Positions 1 to 15,873 of a stretch of 64,000 nt of DNA are shown here, in pieces (the first letter of the stretch is position 1; each line of letters begins with the position of its first letter). The stretch covers positions 20,522,001 to 20,586,000 of the forward strand of contig OZ024758.1 in NCBI GenBank assembly GCA_964016885.1, given 5' to 3'. A program made the position numbers and the translations under genes. Under the pieces are notes generated by a model. The model saw nothing but the letters and a program-made list of their open reading frames with translations. It had not been told where the DNA came from and did not search any database. The DNA comes from Eledone cirrhosa. Its lineage: Eukaryota.

Positions 1-725
1 AGCTGATAAAATACAGATTTGTTTTATAAATAAATATTGACATACCCGGAAAAAAGACAACCTTAACGGTTGGAGCTTCCTGGATAGTGGAGATAATTTT
101 GTGGGTAATATAAATATTGTGGGTAATATAAAGTTATGAGTGAGTATGCAAATGAGTGTCCGAAAAGTTGAAAAGATAACGGTTTATTTAAATTAAACTG
201 TTGGAAGAGGATGATATTTAAGGGAGTGAGAAAAAGAAAAATAGAAAAGAAAGGAGAAAGAGATAATTTGTAAGAAAGAACGATTATACATAGTGACATT
301 GAAGAAAGTCAGAATGAATGAAGAAATAAGTGTTAATGGAAAAATATATATAGCGTAAATATATCTAAGTGAAAATTTAAACATCCAAATAATTCTAAAT
401 TTATGAAAATTTACGACAGTTTACAAAGGAATAACTACTTAATTATATTATAAAAACAGTAGGGAAGTATAAAGGAAGTTAGAAGTGATTTTTTTAAGAT
501 CTCAAATGATTCCAATGATTAAATGTTATAAAATTAAAAGTGTATCTTAAGAATATAATTAAAACATAAAACATATGTTATTTTATAAGAAGTCATAAAT
601 TTGTCTTAAGAATATAATTAAAGCGTAAACCATAGGTTATTTTATAAGAAGTCATATTTGCTATAAATAAAAAAAAAATGTTTAAGATTGTTGAATCCCA
701 ACAAATTAAATATAACCTATGCATA
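1..725 (-). mobile_element. Family E PLE-type remnant cut by the window start
   Basis: gttttataaataaatattgacat (21-43) and atcccaacaaattaaatataacct (696-719) are shared with 13289-13375 and 36965/37236; internal ~55-bp duplication at 545-656. Confidence 0.6.
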
Positions 726-736
726 TATCTATATAT

Positions 737-958
737 AGTGGTAGAACACTGGAAGGTAATATCCGTAGTGGTAGAGTAGTCCGTCCATGGGACGAGTTAG
801 GTTGAGGTGGTTACACAACAGTTTGTTCACCATACCGAGAACAATTGTTTCACCTTAGCGGATCCTCATCTCGTAATGGACATGTTCATACGAGCTGTGG
901 ATCCGCTAAGGTGAAACAATTGTTCTCGGTATGGTGAAGTAACTGTTGTGTAACCACT
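737..958. mobile_element. Family A pLTR fold-back with two mutated hammerheads (836-873 minus, 891-928 plus)
   Basis: Arms 807-875 and 889-957; cores ATGAGGA (minus) and CTGTGGA (plus), remainder matching family A. Confidence 0.8.
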
Positions 959-2157
959 TATATATATATATATATATATATTAAACAGATATAGGTATCA
1001 AACAAATGGAGGAGAGAGAAAAAACATTGACGCAGATTCTAACCTAATATCCATAATACGAATGTATATGCGTGCGCATACGCACAAAACATGTGTGAAC
1101 TGTTATATTAGGGAAATAATATATATATATATATATATTTATGAGTGTGTATATGTGTGTGTGAAGTTTGTATGTGTTTGTGTATGTGTATAGGTTCATA
1201 TGTGTCTGAATGTGAATTTCTCTATACACATTTGTATGTGTGTGTGAATATATGTACCAATATTACCGTATTATACATACATTAACTGCAACATGGAATT
1301 AATATTCACCATTGATTAATTAAAATATTTTACACATATTGTTTATAAGTTTATTGAATTCATTGTTGTATACATGTATAAACCAACAGACGTAGACACT
1401 TTCATTGTGCTGTGACATAATTAGTTTTGTAATTGCCGAGAGAGAAAAAAAAATGTATCAATCACGTTTCAAATACAAGCTGAGATTGCTATTTTCAATT
1501 ATCACACTCCTATGTTAAGTTTGGATTGTAGCATTGTTATATTGAATTGCTATGATTTATAAATTCTCGACAGAAATGCAAAGGCAAAGTTGCCAAGCTT
1601 AACACATGACCACGTGTTCTTTTCTAGAATTTAAATAATATTCTTAGCATATATACCAAATGTTATTGTTTCTATCTAGGTTTTCCGAAGTAGGCTTCAA
1701 ATAAGGCGTTGTATAATTGTGTTACGATACTGCAGATGGCATAATCTTACTGTGCTGAATGCGATGTAAATGTCATCGCGAGATATTTCTCATTGTTATA
1801 ATATAGAAAATATTTAAGACTGTATACATCTGAAGATAAGTGCAATATACTTTGTCCATGGATTTGTATGATATTTAGATGTTCGTTTGTTTCCTTTTTA
1901 CTTATACAATATATCTACAAACGACATTTAAAAACGGTCTTCTTTCACTGCTATATTGTATTGTATATTTAAAACTCGAGCAAAATACTGAAATAAACGT
2001 TTAAAATGATGTGAGAGAAAATTTGATGTATACAGTATATAGTAACATATGCCGTCAATCAATATATCGTCTAGTCACATGTCAAAACGTAAATCGCTCA
2101 CTATATATTGATTAATATTCAGATTCTGTAAGACATAAAAAAAAAGAATGAAATCCG

Positions 2158-2279
<122 letters not shown>

Positions 2280-2340
2280 CTCTCTCACTCTCTTTCTCTC
2301 TCTATATATCTCTCCCTCTCTCTCTCTCACTCTCTCTCTC

Positions 2341-2372
<32 letters not shown>

Positions 2373-2397
2373 AGATAGAAGGATATATATATATATA

Positions 2398-2432
<35 letters not shown>

Positions 2433-2466
2433 GTGAGTGTATGTGTGTGTGTACGTGTGTGTGTGT

Positions 2467-2661
2467 GAACGTTTCTGCGCATGCGCGTTCGTAAGGCTGT
2501 TCTGTTCCGTATAACCGTGACCAGTCCGAGCTAAAGATCCGCTAAGGTGAAACAATTGTGCTCGATATGGTGAATTAACTGTTGCGTTAATACTTCTACC
2601 AAACTCATCCCATGGACGGAGTACTCTACCACTACGGATATAATCTTAAAATGTTCTACCT
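2467..2661 (+). mobile_element. Family A pLTR fragment with mutated hammerhead (2527-2564)
   Basis: cgag-CTAAAGA-tccgctaaggt-GAAACAATT-GTG-ctcg; homologous to 737-958 and 63572-63700. Confidence 0.8.
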
Positions 2662-2884
2662 ATTTCTCTCTCTCTCTCTCTTTCTTTCTTTCTCTCTCTC
2701 TCTCTCACTCTCTCTCTCTCTCTTTCTCTGTCTCTCTCTCTCTCTCTCTCTCTCGCTCTCTCTCTCTCTCTGTCTATATATATATATATATATATATATT
2801 TTGTTTCTCAATTTGTTTAGGAAGATTCTTTATCTGAAAACTGTGCGTGTGTTTCTTATTGGTAACATCACCCTCCCAAAGTAT

Positions 2885-2958
<74 letters not shown>

Positions 2959-2988
2959 CTAGATGGATAGCTAGATAAATAGCTACAT

Positions 2989-3036
<48 letters not shown>

Positions 3037-3461
3037 GTAGGTATATAAATATTTCACTCTCTCTTGTTATATATCTATCAATGTTCAGATGAGATTGCTG
3101 TTAGGTGTCAAAGATTAATTATTGCCAAGTAGAGACTATCCCATAGATAAGACAGGATCCATGTGACTAAAAATTGCTCTCAGTATTGGAAACAAATAAT
3201 TAGTTGATGAACTGGCTAGATTTTATATGAATAGAGTATAAGTATTCTGTGATTATATAAAGTGTTATACAATTATTTATGAACACAAACTATATGACCT
3301 GAAGATATTAACTTGTTTTATGGTCAATCTATAGAAATCCGTAATTTTGTTCTCACTTTCCACTATAATATTTCTCTGCGCCGAAACTGACAACCCTTAT
3401 ATTATCATATATATACTTGATTTCTACGTGATTTCGCTGAATAATTCATAGGCTGACTATG

Positions 3462-3536
3462 AAGGAATGATGCTAAAGCTGTGAAATATTACATGCGTAA
3501 TGCATGTAATATTTCACAGCTTTAGCATCATTCCTT
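3462..3536. repeat. Perfect 35-bp hairpin with 5-nt loop
   Basis: aaggaatgatgctaaagctgtgaaatattacatgc-gtaat-exact reverse complement. Confidence 0.92.
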
Positions 3537-6116
3537 AATTTCAAATATTCTCAGGCATAAGGGTAACGGACAAAATAGAATACACTGTACAGAAAACATT
3601 AGAATCACAGAAATAAAAGACTAATGAAGGCAATTTGTTTGATACTGAAAACGTTTCAACAATTGTCTAGGGCAAATAAATTGTGGTTGTTAAATTTACC
3701 AAGAAACAAGTAAGCCATTTCGTGCAATACAGAAGTGCATAACGACGTAAAAATGTATCGAAAAAGAAATCACTGTTTCATTATAAAACAGACATGTGGA
3801 TGAGTATGATCGTCTGCAGTGTATACTTGTCTATCAAGGAATTAAACTTGTTGCTCACCTATTTTAGCTTCATAATGTTCAATGTGATTAGAATACACAA
3901 TACCGTAGTTGCTGCTTTGCATATCATTTCTAGTATATGACTAACATATTGTTTAGAAGCTATTTTGTTATGAATTTGGCGCACATGCATATACAAACTC
4001 ATGCATGCATATAATACCTGGGTTAGTATGTAATTGCATGACCATCTAGAAGAAAGTAACCGCGATAATATGGGTGAATATGATTAGTGAGGTAATGTGA
4101 GGTAGGAGAAGTATAAGAACATGAATAAGGAGGATTATGAGGAGGGGAGCTAATCTATCATAACCAGTTTCCTGATTATATACCAAGATAACTAATTAGG
4201 TTTTCTATCGAATTCATATAATGGTGTGGCTGAGACTAGAACACTATAGTTGCACTGCGGGAATTAGGACTAAGGTTGATCAATAAGATTTATACTGAAT
4301 TGTTATCTTTATAATTCTATGTAAATATGCATATTAACCAAATATAGGAGCGCGCACGCACACACACCCACACATACATCGGGGCCTCCAAAATGCACAC
4401 ACTCAATACCAATTAAGTAGTAGTGAAGGGAAACAAGCAGCACTTGACCCCGTATAACAATGGCCCTACTGTTAGATTCAACAACATTTTTTATAAGGAT
4501 CAATGATCGAAATTCTATTTTATTTGTTGCTGAATATAATCAATATCTTTTGTAAAGTATCTCTATATATTTATGGGAGAGTATATATGTTATAATCCTT
4601 ACATTATTGTTATCAATAAATATACTTTTTGTTTTTCATTATTCAAATTATAGTTAATTTAATCATTGTTTGATTGTTTTCATCGTTACAAACCTATTTA
4701 TGAGAATGTCTTTTAGTATCCTAGGTATTTATATCAAAGATCATTCAAACCGAACTATTGCTTTTGTTTCCTAGACTAATATTTTTATAACATTCCCCAT
4801 TGTTGTACGGTTAAAATCTAATTTTGTTATAAAAAAAACTTTACCCAGCATAAGATACACGCTATTATTCATTTCTGAAAGGAATCACATATTTAACTAA
4901 CTTCATTTATTTCATTCTAATCCGTAATTATATTAAATCTGCATTTGCTTCCCCTACGTGTTATAAACTCTGTTATCTTTTGCTATGAATCCTATAATGT
5001 AAATATTATGAGTATACTTCTATTCAATACGATAAAGACGATCGCTAATTTTCTAATAGAATCAAGGCAAATTGAATTAGCTGTACGCAGTAAAAGACCT
5101 CATTCTGTTCTATTTCCTTCATATTTATTTTGCACCTTATGTATTGTCGTAGTAAACAATTCAAAGCACGAAGTGTAGGAACCAAACATAAATCTATGCT
5201 AAATCAATCTTAAGCTTGACTATTTAACTGAATTAAAAACTGCAGAAGGGAACGCATTGATCAATAACTGTTTCAATGTTAGAACTTACTCTTTCAAACA
5301 TATATTTAAATCGCCATATAATATTGAGGTTTGCTAAGTAAAATCATAAAAAAACAACTTGGTAATTCTATTATATATAGGAAACAAATAAGCTATGAAC
5401 AAGTGCTAACATAATTCTTTATTTCAAGACTCTGATATTGAAAGTGATGATTCATGTATATTTTTAACTAAACATATTTCAAGGTAAAACGATGAAGTCG
5501 AATGTAATATGAAACATTTAAATTACTATATTCATTCCGATTTTATAATATACTATAGCATTATAAGGAATGCACTAAAATGTAGATTGTGATGACATAA
5601 CATATATTTCACGAAGAAACGAAAATATATTTCAAATATTCCTAAGCAGACTTACTGTAACGTATATTAATAAAACTTGGAAGATTAACATTCTAATTTA
5701 GAAGTTTGTTGATATTGTAGGCTATGTATTTATCTTAATAATTCTATACATTTGATGGAACACAATATACATATAGTTGACAAATTAATTGTATGGATGT
5801 ATTATGTGAAATAAAACGACATAATAATCCTTATCTTCCGACAGAAATGAAATTATAATTTTAGAAATAGGTTACCTTGCGTAAGACATTTTACTTCACG
5901 TTGTTCATTCTGTTTGGATTTTCGATCGGTAGATAGTATTAGCAACAGGAAAGAGCAATGGAAACATTTGATTTGATGAGGTCCACACCATTTGATAAAC
6001 GAATGAGGGCTGGGATCTTGGCGTCGACTGTTGTGTATTTGCATAAAGATATAATACAGTGGGCTTATTTTCTTTATAGAAATAGATACTGCCAAATATA
6101 TACACAAATACACACA

Positions 6117-6239
<123 letters not shown>

Positions 6240-6289
6240 ATGTATATTTATATATATATATATATATATATATTAAAATAACAGATTAA

Positions 6290-6340
6290 AGTTTAAGCAA
6301 AGAATCGTTGCTTTCACCCTTAACGGGATCTTCTGAAACT
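6290..6340 (-). ncRNA. Hammerhead family B (U4A variant core)
   Basis: agttt-CAGAAGA-t ccc gttaa ggg t-GAA-AGCAA cgattct TTGCT-T^aaact. Confidence 0.72.
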
Positions 6341-6350
6341 AAATATTAAA

Positions 6351-6540
6351 TAATTGTTTCTACGTTTGGTACAAGGCCAGCAAGTAACCAGTGCATTACT
6401 GGTACTTTATTTAATCGACCCCGTAGGGATGAAAGGCAAAGTTAACCTCGTCGGGATTTGAAGTCAGAATGGCAAGGGCCGTAACTCTATACGTCAAAGC
6501 ATGGTGTCCGACCATCTACCGATACTGCCAATCCACCGCC
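6351..6540 (-). mobile_element. tRNA-derived SINE (Meta-domain-like core)
   Basis: Minus strand: GGCGGTGGATTGGCAGTATCGG (A box), TTCAAATCC (B box), then GCCTTTCATCC..GGGGTCGAT.AAATAAAGTACC; 8 related copies in the window. Confidence 0.85.
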
Positions 6541-6762
6541 TTTAAAATAATAAGGGTAAGTAAAACATGTTAAAGTTGGCTTCATTTATTCCAATACACT
6601 GCTATATATATTTCAGTGACAGCCATTAATGGGTGTGTCATAATTAGGCAGAAATATTCTCGACAGAAAAAGCACGGAGTGAACAAACCAACCTGCGCAC
6701 AACGTAGAGTGCTGCCTACTGATTACTAGGTGTCGGTAAGAAAACAACGCATACTAAAACAT

Positions 6763-6874
<112 letters not shown>

Positions 6875-7342
6875 GAGAGAGGGGAGAGATAGAGAGATGT
6901 GTGTGTGTGTATATTTTTATATTTGCATGTGTGCGTACATCCATATGCACAATTCATTTTGACAATTAATCTTTACCTGACATTGACTAATTATTTCTCC
7001 GGGAAATAAGGGATTATTATGCCATCTCGATAATATTTTCTGGAATGAATGATTTAAATATGTCTACGCCTTTTAAACATTGATTTAATGGTGCATTACT
7101 TCAGAACTACACTTCCACACTAGCTCTTGAGCAACATAATATTTATGTTCCCCTGTGTCTTAAGAAGCTTTGCCACAAGTGTGTACTCCTGTACGTGTGT
7201 GTGATTACATATGTTTAACAAGACTGTGAAAGTGTAAAGAATTCATTTCATTCTTGAAACATAAGTACATTACAAACAGTTAGGGAACATGTAATACGAT
7301 AAAATCGGCGAAGTACGAAGAAAATGAACAAGCCGAAAAACG

Positions 7343-7385
<43 letters not shown>

Positions 7386-7462
7386 TGTATACACATATTT
7401 ATATATATATATATACATATATATATACACATATTTATATGTATAAATGTATATATATACAT

Positions 7463-7552
<90 letters not shown>

Positions 7553-8184
7553 TATATATATATTATAAACGAGTATAACATTTACGCGTTATGTTAATTG
7601 CTTCTTGGAGAGAAGTGATATCGATTTTCATTTTTTTCTTAACTGTTGATTGACACTATGTTTAATCGCTTAAATATTGAATGTGTCCGCGTGGTCGCGT
7701 AGCAGATTACTGCATTTAATTCCCTCAATTAATCATATCACATTTTAGTCTGTTCGCAAGATTTTCATATTTCAAATTCATTCATTAAATGTGATTTCGG
7801 GAAAACGGATGATTTGCGGAAGAAAAATTGAAATCTGTCATTCTGATCTGATTAATTTATGGAAGATAATGATTTGACTCCATCTCAGCCTGAAAAATCA
7901 TTTTGATCGGCATACATTTGAGTGAAGTTTATTGTACTATTCCTTATAAACATCTTTGTACAAATGAGTCAGGTTACTCAAAATAATCCAGGTTACAAGA
8001 ATATATTTGCATAGGACTAGTTATTTGATAAATTTAAAATAAAGGCTTATCTATCTTCTTATCTACATATCGATCTATCTATTTTTCTGTTTGTATGTAA
8101 ATCTCCACCTCTAACTCACACACACACTCTCTTTTTCTCTATGCCACTCCCTCTGTGTCTCTCCCCACCTCTCTCTCTCTATCT

Positions 8185-8267
<83 letters not shown>

Positions 8268-9145
8268 GAGAGAGAGAAAAGTAGGATATGTGTGTGTTCT
8301 GTATATAGATATAGATTTTGTGTATGTGCGTATGTATTGGCGTGCACATCGCTTCATCGCTCCCACCTCATTGTGGTATCAAACAAATCTATCAGAGAAC
8401 AGAACAACGCCTAACTGCAACAGATGAAATAACTAAAGTGAATTAAAATCACATATGAACCACTCCATATTCATTGTAACACAAAAATATGCGATACTAT
8501 ATGGGAATTAATGTGTAAGCCATGCGCAGATTTCTCTGTGTATTAACTATGCATGTTTGTCTACGTGTGTATTCGTTAGCGAATTTTGTTTTTTGTGTGT
8601 CTACATTTCACGATTATAAGTAAAGATCACTAGTCTTGTCTGACTATTCTCTGAGTTGAAGTTGAACCGCAAAGTAGTAAGGCTCAGAATTCAACCGTAT
8701 TATATGAATTGTTAAGCTCTACTTCAGTATTGAATAGTCATTCTCACATCCATCAATAATAAACGTATATTGGTTAACTGTTTCTTTCACTTTGATAATT
8801 CTCCCATTCACATCCTTTGACGAAAGTCTATATTTCTATATTTCTGGCCTTACCATTTTCACAAACCACCTGTACACTACCTATCCGATTTCTAAACAAA
8901 CATTTTCTTCTATCATGCTGTTTCCAAGGTGTAGTGTTGTACCATAAGGTTCTTTGTGTCGTCACATTGACTGCGTCATGCGAGGTGGACTCTATATTCT
9001 GCAATACCGACATTGCAGAATATTCTGCAATACCGACACCCAGGGAACCTTAATGAGTTTGCATATGTTTTTGTTCGTTCATCTCACAAATTTGTTAATT
9101 TTCCATGTAAAACATTGCTACACACATGCGCATATCTATCTATCA

Positions 9146-9398
<253 letters not shown>

Positions 9399-9549
9399 TT
9401 ATAGAAGGAGCTTCTACAGGACTAGTACTGTTTCATTCAGATGAAATCATATATTAAAGGTATGTTCCTACATGTATTTAATACACATACGGACATAAGT
9501 ATAGTCCGACCGTATGCTAGTGTGTTTCAATGGCAAGTTAATAAGCCAG

Positions 9550-9654
<105 letters not shown>

Positions 9655-11278
9655 GTGTATATATATATATACTTACATATATCATTCTTAAAATCTGCAG
9701 TTAATCAAATATTTGTCTCCAGCCCGGAAGTCTTAATTATATATTTTACTTTCTTAGTTTTATAGATGTACATGCTTATCACCAAAGATGTTAAAACAAA
9801 AAAAAATTACTCAAAAAAAAAAAGAAAATCTAAGAAAAAATCGAAACCCATTACCCATGTGTTTGGAAGGTTAAATCCAATCTAAAATTAACACTGTGGC
9901 TGAAGGGAAACCTTGATTAATTGGATATTCTCTTCGTATATTGTGATATTTAATCGCACCATATAATTAGAAATGAAATGATATAGTATTTAAATGCTAG
10001 TTTAAGTTATTTATTTGCATAGCAATTCAATTGCTCATTCCGATACAGAATACTTGGAATTGAAAGTTTTTTTTATTATTTTCTTTTGTGTTTTATATTT
10101 CCTTACTGATACAACACTCATTGTTAAATAAAGATAGCTACAAAAATAATTACCAGAAGAGGGTGAAACAAAGACGTTACAATTTCGATAAAATAAAATA
10201 ACCAATATTCAAATATGTTACAGAAAGCATCACAAAACAATGAAGCAGAAACGAATTAATCTAAAACGAGAGAAAACCACTAAAATTAACCTAACTAATC
10301 AGATGTTTGGCTAATCACAGAATCCTTCAATAAAGTGAAAATCAGAGTGCTATTTAATGTCACTAATGAATAAAAATTCTTGAATTGAAGGCAAACGCTA
10401 TGAAAATATATTAATACATGGGTTATAAAATTGCAGCGAAATGATAGTAAAATCCCATTATATCAGCATGTTCTGTATTATTGTCAATTTAAAGTCCGAT
10501 GTTGATCCCCGATTTAAAAATAATGATTTTAATGTTTTCGAGTTTATACACGGCGATGTTTTTCTCTTTACGTCACCAGAAAATTAATGTTCCTTATTTA
10601 AAAAATGTTTTTACTTTCAGGTCCCAATGTCGTTCATTACTTCTATGTTAGCGACGTGTATGAATCATATACCGTATACATTTCCGCACAAACACGACAA
10701 CATATAACATGACGTATATAATTCATATGATACAACTTACACCTGTTTTATGACGTTTGCTTTCAAAATACTTAGAGGTAAAACAACAACGAACAATAAA
10801 TAAATTGTTTCAACAAACATAAGCACACCGATATATTCATAACAACGTATACACTAACATATTAGTGATCGTGTCTACACAAAAAAGCACGTGTATACAT
10901 ATACACATTCATATATATATACAGACACGCGAGTATATATGTTGGTTATATTAATATATTTCGAATGTTTCTAAAGTTATCAGTGATTGTTCTCTGATCA
11001 TGCAAGTAAAGGTGATATTACAAATATAGCAGTTTATATAATAAATAATATGTTGATTCTAACCAACATATGGAAGACATTATTGTGGTAGACACTTTGT
11101 AGTAGAATCTTTAACAATGTAAATACATTTTTTTTTCATAAATATGAATGGCGATGTCCCAGCCTGTCGGATAGAACACGTAATTGTGTAATAAGAGGGG
11201 ATTATGTGTCAAATAAATGTAGATTCAATACATTGACATTAATAAATTCATACTTCGAAGGACACACACGCACACTCA

Positions 11279-11313
<35 letters not shown>

Positions 11314-11314
11314 C

Positions 11315-11378
<64 letters not shown>

Positions 11379-11395
11379 ATGGGGGAGGGGGCAAG

Positions 11396-11444
<49 letters not shown>

Positions 11445-11984
11445 TGTATGTAATATATGTGCATGTTTGTGGGCTTGTGTGAATGAAACTTTATGTTAAT
11501 ACACATACAGTTTTGGACACATGCACACACAATGTATATATGCATCTAATGTTTACGTTAGTGTAAGATTATCTGTATTTTCGGGCGTACGTATCATATT
11601 ATGATTAGGAAATCAAATACGAATCATTGAGTTATGAGAAATTTAAAATGTAATAGATATAGGAATAACAAAGTATTGTGTTTTCAAATATGTAGCTAAA
11701 TATATATTATGAAAAAAAAAATTGATTTAAGAAAGGATAATATTCTGAATGTAATAAGAATGAGCAAATGAATCTCACAATAGATTACTCATTGATATAT
11801 GAATATATTTCTATGTTAATTATTTAATTCTAAGAGGAATTCGATTTCCAAAGCAAAGCCCAAAAATATTGTCTTGAGAATATTAAGCGTAGCAAATTGA
11901 TAAAAAAATCTAATTGACCCTTTATTAAACATTATATTACTCTATGAGCTAGACAAATTGACGATGCGGAATGATATTTATGAA

Positions 11985-12273
11985 AGTTCGATTCTCGGAG
12001 CGGGATTTGCGTTGTCTTCTTGAGCAAGAGACTTTATTTTACATTGTTCCCGTTCACACTATAGAAAATAGTTGCGGCGTAACTTCTTTCAAGCTCTATC
12101 GGCATTTTTCTTTCCCTTGAGCAATATCGGTGTCGTGAAGATAGAAGAACGGTATGCATGGGGGGACTGCTGTTCTTTCACAAATAGCCTGTCCCGGAAT
12201 TCGGCCTCGGAGGGGACATTTTTAGGTGCAAATACCATGGTCATTCATGACCGAACGCGGTCTTTACCCTTTT
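11985..12273 (+). mobile_element. Second SINE type (B box plus CORE/V-like domain), 5'-eroded
   Basis: gttcgattc B box followed by ttgtcttcttgagcaagagacttt; ends in ctttacccttt. Confidence 0.55.
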
Positions 12274-13015
12274 ATTTTTGTCTTGTAGTTCTGTCTTTAT
12301 ACGTTTTGAGATAGAGGCGGAAGTAACAGTATTTCCATCTGTCTCTTTTACAGTGTTTTTAGTTGTGTTTATTACGTTTTAAACTAAACCTATCACAAAC
12401 TAAACGAAAGCAAAATGGGCATGAATTACGATTAACAAGTAAATAGCTGAGCAAAACATATAATAACTTAGATATAATTTCTTAGCAATACACGGATGGT
12501 AATATATTGCCTTTCAATGAAATGCTGAGTGAAATATAACTGCTTAGATTTGAACAATTTCAATATATGGATTACAGATAATATATCATAATATATCATA
12601 GACAAGGTTAAACAACAGATTGCATTCAATCGATACTGTGTATTTTACTAGTTACATTATAGAAGTATTATGTATTGGACATGATTATATCATAAAAAAA
12701 CTATTCGTTTCGTCTGAGAGAATTGAATGACATGAGTCAACTTACAATGGTATGCAATGTTTATTCATAAGCGAAGTGAGGTACCACTATTCTATCAATG
12801 CCAGCATATATCTTAGTAATCATGGATTTGTAAAATGTCTAATTCTTGAGGATTTATATGACATGATGCACGTACTAATTTCTTATGACAATATATATTA
12901 GTTCCCTAATTCTAAACCACATGTAATGTATTACACCGAATAATTGTTCACATATATATTCATAAAATAATATATATATATATATATAGTTTAGTGATTT
13001 GTAAATCTACGTTAC

Positions 13016-13115
<100 letters not shown>

Positions 13116-13210
13116 TATACATACTTTAATGATTTGTAAATTGAAGTTGCCAAATATATATATATATACAATATATTAACAAATGGAAACTATATTTATC
13201 AAACCATATT

Positions 13211-13276
13211 TATTTCATTATACACATTTCAAGGGCCACCAAGGCGAATTATGGTGCGATTTCATCAGATAAAATA
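13211..13276 (-). ncRNA. Hammerhead family E, intact core
   Basis: tattttat-CTGATGA-..cacca..tggtg..-GAAATGTGTATA^atgaaata. Confidence 0.78.
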
Positions 13277-13373
13277 TAATATTGGTTAGTTTTATAAATA
13301 AATATTGACATTCTGGTATCCCAACAAATTAAATATTGACATTCTGGTATCCCAACAAATTAAATATAACCTC

Positions 13374-13447
<74 letters not shown>

Positions 13448-13582
13448 GATAAATCTACCAAGAGTTTACGGTAGTGTCCAATCCGTATGAAGAACTCAAT
13501 GTAATCCGGATATCATGGAAAGAAGAGATGCAATGAAAAATCACTTTCGGTGAAAGATAAACGGAATACAGAGTCAAGATAA

Positions 13583-13702
13583 AATATTAAAAAAATAATG
13601 AATAAAACAATGAAACAGTTCCTTATATTAAACATGAACTTATATGAACTTTTTTTGTTTAATATAAGGAACTGTTTCATTGTTTTATTCATTATTTTTC
13701 TA

Positions 13703-13709
<7 letters not shown>
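13583..13709. repeat. AT-rich fold-back adjoining (TA)n
   Basis: aataatgaataaaacaatgaaacagttccttatattaaaca and its reverse complement. Confidence 0.8.
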
Positions 13710-13791
<82 letters not shown>

Positions 13792-13849
13792 CGTTTCTGA
13801 ATTTGTTTAGCAAGATTCTTTATCTGAAATTGTGTGTTTAAACCGATAA

Positions 13850-14345
13850 TGTTATACTTTGGGAGGGTCATGTTGCCAATAAGAAACACACGCACCAGTT
13901 GCATTCACTTCAATTTATTATATATTTATAAATTTATAAGTTTATAAATCTATAAATTTCTGGTTGGTTGGTTGGTTCCACAACCAGATAGTTGTTTATA
14001 TATAGTCATAGTTCTTTCGTCACACACTCTGTGACCTCTTAAGTGACTGGGGATTCCTTTCTTTGCTTCTGTGCCTCCTCTTTGTTCTGTCCAACGCCAT
14101 TTTGTTTCTGTGCGTGTGTTGTGTGCTCAGTCTGCGCATGCCCCACATCCGGGTGAAGAGGTCACCGAGTGTGTGACGAAAGAACTATGACTATATATAA
14201 ACAACTATCGTGTTGTGGAACCAACCAACCAACCAGAAATTTATAAATTTATAAACTTATAAATTTATAAATATATAATAAATTGAAGTGATATATCTGG
14301 TGCGTGTGTTTCTTATTGGCAACATGACCCTCCCAAAGTATAGCA
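13850..14345. repeat. Family C fold-back, ~190-bp arms
   Basis: Arms 13850-14040 and 14156-14345. Left hammerhead 14004-14048 has core CTTAAGA; right arm starts inside the core (TGAAGAG). Confidence 0.9.
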
Positions 14346-14796
14346 ATATATATATATATAATTTATTGGTTTGTAAATTTACGTTACTGTTGGGACACCA
14401 GCTAGATCTCTCGATGCATACGTGTGTCTGGTTTAGAATGCGGTATTGCATATTCAGTGATGATAAACGCATATCAAATGCCGGCACACTTATCAGACAT
14501 TTGCACACATATAAGTGAATACATTCGTGTGCCTCTGCCTTTGCATCCACTCCCTTTCTACAGATAGCGGTAGCTGACTGTTATTGAATGATGCTCACGA
14601 CTCATTATCAAGGCTGTAAAACAAAAACATAAATGTTTTATGTGTCTATGATATATGTGAAAATAAAAATTTAACTATTCAACAACGATTGGAGAAGTTC
14701 TATTAAATTTATGATATAATCTAGAACTAAAAAGTCGCCGAAAAACTGTTGATGAAAATACAAAATAACATGTGACACAACATCATGTGACACAAC

Positions 14797-14854
<58 letters not shown>

Positions 14855-15670
14855 GACATCTTTGGGCATTTAGAACAACAAATTATATTTTGTAGGATAA
14901 TTGCAATTAATCGAATTTACCAGAAAGATAAGAAACGCAGACTATGTGCTATGTTGAGGAGGTATTGAATATTGTTTACCTAAACAAACAATTATCTGTA
15001 AGATGATTAAATAAAGAGTTACCATAGGTTTACTTTTAACATTCAAAGAAAATTTAATCAAAAAAGATATTATCTGCAATAAATTAGATTGAATTCTTTT
15101 TCCGAGTAAATATCAATGGCGTTATTTTTCACTTCAGTAAAATTTATTCTTATTTATCTATAACACCCTGAACGCGGTTAGGTATATCTTCTGGGAAATT
15201 GCATTACTTCGTGGCATTCATATATCTTTTCAATGATAAGCAGCTATCTAATACGGAAACATAAACGTGATGAAGAAAAACACGGAAACGTATTGTATTT
15301 GTCAATATGCATATTTCTAATTTCAGAAGATGAAGCCAAACTCGAAATCTTCATTTCAGTATTTGAGCTAACCTTTATCTATGGTCGTGGAAATACTGTA
15401 ATGGATATCACATAGAGGATATCACATAGAGGCAACCAAAATGTGCATACGTTCAAGGGTTTTCGGAGGAGGAGGAGAAGAAGACATACTGTTCATAAAT
15501 ACATATTGTCTTTTTGAATAGAAACTGTAACTGAATTAACAAACGGCATAAATGTTGTATTAAGAATATACATGGCTTGATAATCTGTATATAGATATCT
15601 TGCTGCGTATGACAAAACCTCCATCAATTTCCAAAGCATCGTCTTCAAAGTAAAACAAACATTGGAAATA

Positions 15671-15873
15671 TAATTGTTTCTACTTTAGGCACAAGGCCAG
15701 CAAATACCCAGTGCATTACTGGTACTTTATTTTTATCGACCCCGTAAGGATGAAAGGTAAGGTCATCCTCATAGTCACGTCCCTTTACGATCTTGAACTC
15801 AGATCGGAAAGGGACGTACATATGCTGGAAAGCGTGGCGTCCGACCATCTACCGATATTGCCAATCCACCGCC
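15671..15873 (-). mobile_element. tRNA-derived SINE copy
   Basis: Same head, core and tail as 6351-6540. Confidence 0.85.

Noticed and set aside
13850-14345. Fold-backs interpreted as TA-TSD MITEs
   Set aside because: The same sequences occur as single-armed copies (48592) and downstream of a PLE ORF, contain hammerheads, and have variable arm lengths, which fits inverted pLTRs better.
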